Source: Poseidonia sp. (GTDB taxonomy: Archaea; Thermoplasmatota; Poseidoniia; Poseidoniales; Poseidoniaceae). From it: a DNA stretch of 42,390 bases. The stretch is taken from assembly GCA_023254355.1 (NCBI GenBank), contig JALRLR010000002.1, forward strand, positions 1 through 42,390, read 5' to 3'. The position numbers and the translations under genes were made by a program. Below the pieces are notes generated by a model. The model was not told the origin of the DNA. It did no database searches and saw nothing but the letters and a program-made list of their open reading frames with translations. Positions 41,820 through 42,390 of the stretch are shown one piece after another (within the stretch, counting starts at the first letter, position 1; each line of letters starts with the position of its first letter).

Positions 41820-42390
41820 TTGAACGACGCCCCGCTGGGACTGCTATTTTTATCACTCGCCATACTGATACTGATCTCGGGATTTTTCTCTAGCTCCGAG
41901 ACCAGCATGATGTCCCTCAACCGGTATCGGCTGAAACACCTTCGCTCTCAAGGCCACCGCGGCGCGCGACGTGCTAGCCGCTTACTAGAGAGGCCGGACC
42001 GCCTCATTGGTCTCATATTGATTGGCAATAACCTAGTCAACATCCTGGCCTCTGCTATTGCTACTGTCATTGCCATTCGCCTCTATGGAGATGCGGGGAT
42101 CGCCATTGCCACGGTTCTTCTTACGATTGTCGTATTGATCTTTGCAGAAATTACCCCGAAAACTATCGCCGCCCTTCATCCCGAGCGTCTGGCCTTTCCG
42201 TTCAGTTTTATTCTCGTCCCCCTGATGCGACTGTTCCTGCCTCTTGTCATGGCCATCAACGCCGTGACCAATGGCATTCTCAAACTGATGGGATTCAAGC
42301 CGGACATACAGGAAGGCGAGGCCCTGTCACAAGAAGAACTGAGAACCATCGTGACCGAATCGGGCAGCATGATTCCCGGTCGACACCGGC
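41820..42390 (+). CDS. corB: CNNM/CorB-family Mg/Co efflux protein (DUF21 transmembrane domain), 3' end outside the window; proteobacterial-like
   Basis: Hand translation from TTG 41820 gives '(M)NDAPLGLLFLSLAILILISGFFSSSETSMMSLNRYRLKHLRSQGHRGARRASRLLERPDRLIGLILIGNNLVNILASAIATVIAIRLYGDAGIAIATVLLTIVVLIFAEITPKTIAALHPERLAF..'. It is open to the window end. It is not in the ORF track because it has no stop. It closely resembles enterobacterial YfjD/CorB as I remember that sequence. Confidence 0.85.
   Translation, partial: MNDAPLGLLFLSLAILILISGFFSSSETSMMSLNRYRLKHLRSQGHRGARRASRLLERPDRLIGLILIGNNLVNILASAIATVIAIRLYGDAGIAIATVLLTIVVLIFAEITPKTIAALHPERLAFPFSFILVPLMRLFLPLVMAINAVTNGILKLMGFKPDIQEGEALSQEELRTIVTESGSMIPGRHR

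Noticed and set aside
1-42390. CRISPR arrays, rRNA genes, transposases/IS elements, integrases and toxin-antitoxin pairs
   Set aside because: Scanning by eye, I saw no regularly spaced direct repeats, no rRNA-like segments and no ORF with transposase or integrase motifs. The Cas4-like nucleases therefore have no visible CRISPR context in this window.

Overview
This is a very gene-dense, GC-rich archaeal window. Archaeal markers include ribosomal proteins L10e, L44e, S27e and L37e, aIF2-alpha, Nop10, ABCE1, RPA, a class III signal-peptide pilin, geranylgeranyl reductase and TATA-like promoters. My guess is an uncultured marine Thermoplasmatota / Marine-Group-II-like lineage, but that is inference only. 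I call about 42 CDS and one tRNA-Ser(CGA). Housekeeping genes: TldD/PmbA, an RPA large subunit with an RPA32-like partner, polyprenyl synthase and geranylgeranyl reductase, MoaA, AroA, a bacterial-type MutS-MutL operon, PurF, ETF alpha/beta and TyrRS. The conserved L44e-S27e-aIF2alpha-Nop10 operon is also present. The most interesting region is 24518-28170. It holds two tandem paralogous proteins, each a Cas4/Exo5/AddB-like Fe-S PD-(D/E)XK nuclease domain fused to two putative OB folds. There are no cas genes, helicase or ATPase nearby, and I propose a two-subunit ssDNA nuclease of unknown role. Other notable items are listed here. (1) A 66-aa beta-grasp protein ending in GG, hidden inside a longer ORF beside the tRNA. 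(2) A stand-alone MCM N-terminal domain protein with no AAA+ module. (3) A minimal Tad/Epd-like type IV filament module with a split platform protein, led by an unknown small gene. (4) A protein with three HeH/SAP-like motifs. (5) A degenerate HemC-like protein. (6) Convergent genes that abut or overlap at every tail-to-tail junction. (7) An abrupt compositional and phylogenetic break near 41.75-41.8 kb, after which the window carries a proteobacterial-type CorB/CNNM gene; this is either an assembly chimera or recent transfer. Two genes are absent from the supplied ORF track: rpl37e (59 aa) and the 3'-open corB. I saw no CRISPR array, rRNA or transposase.
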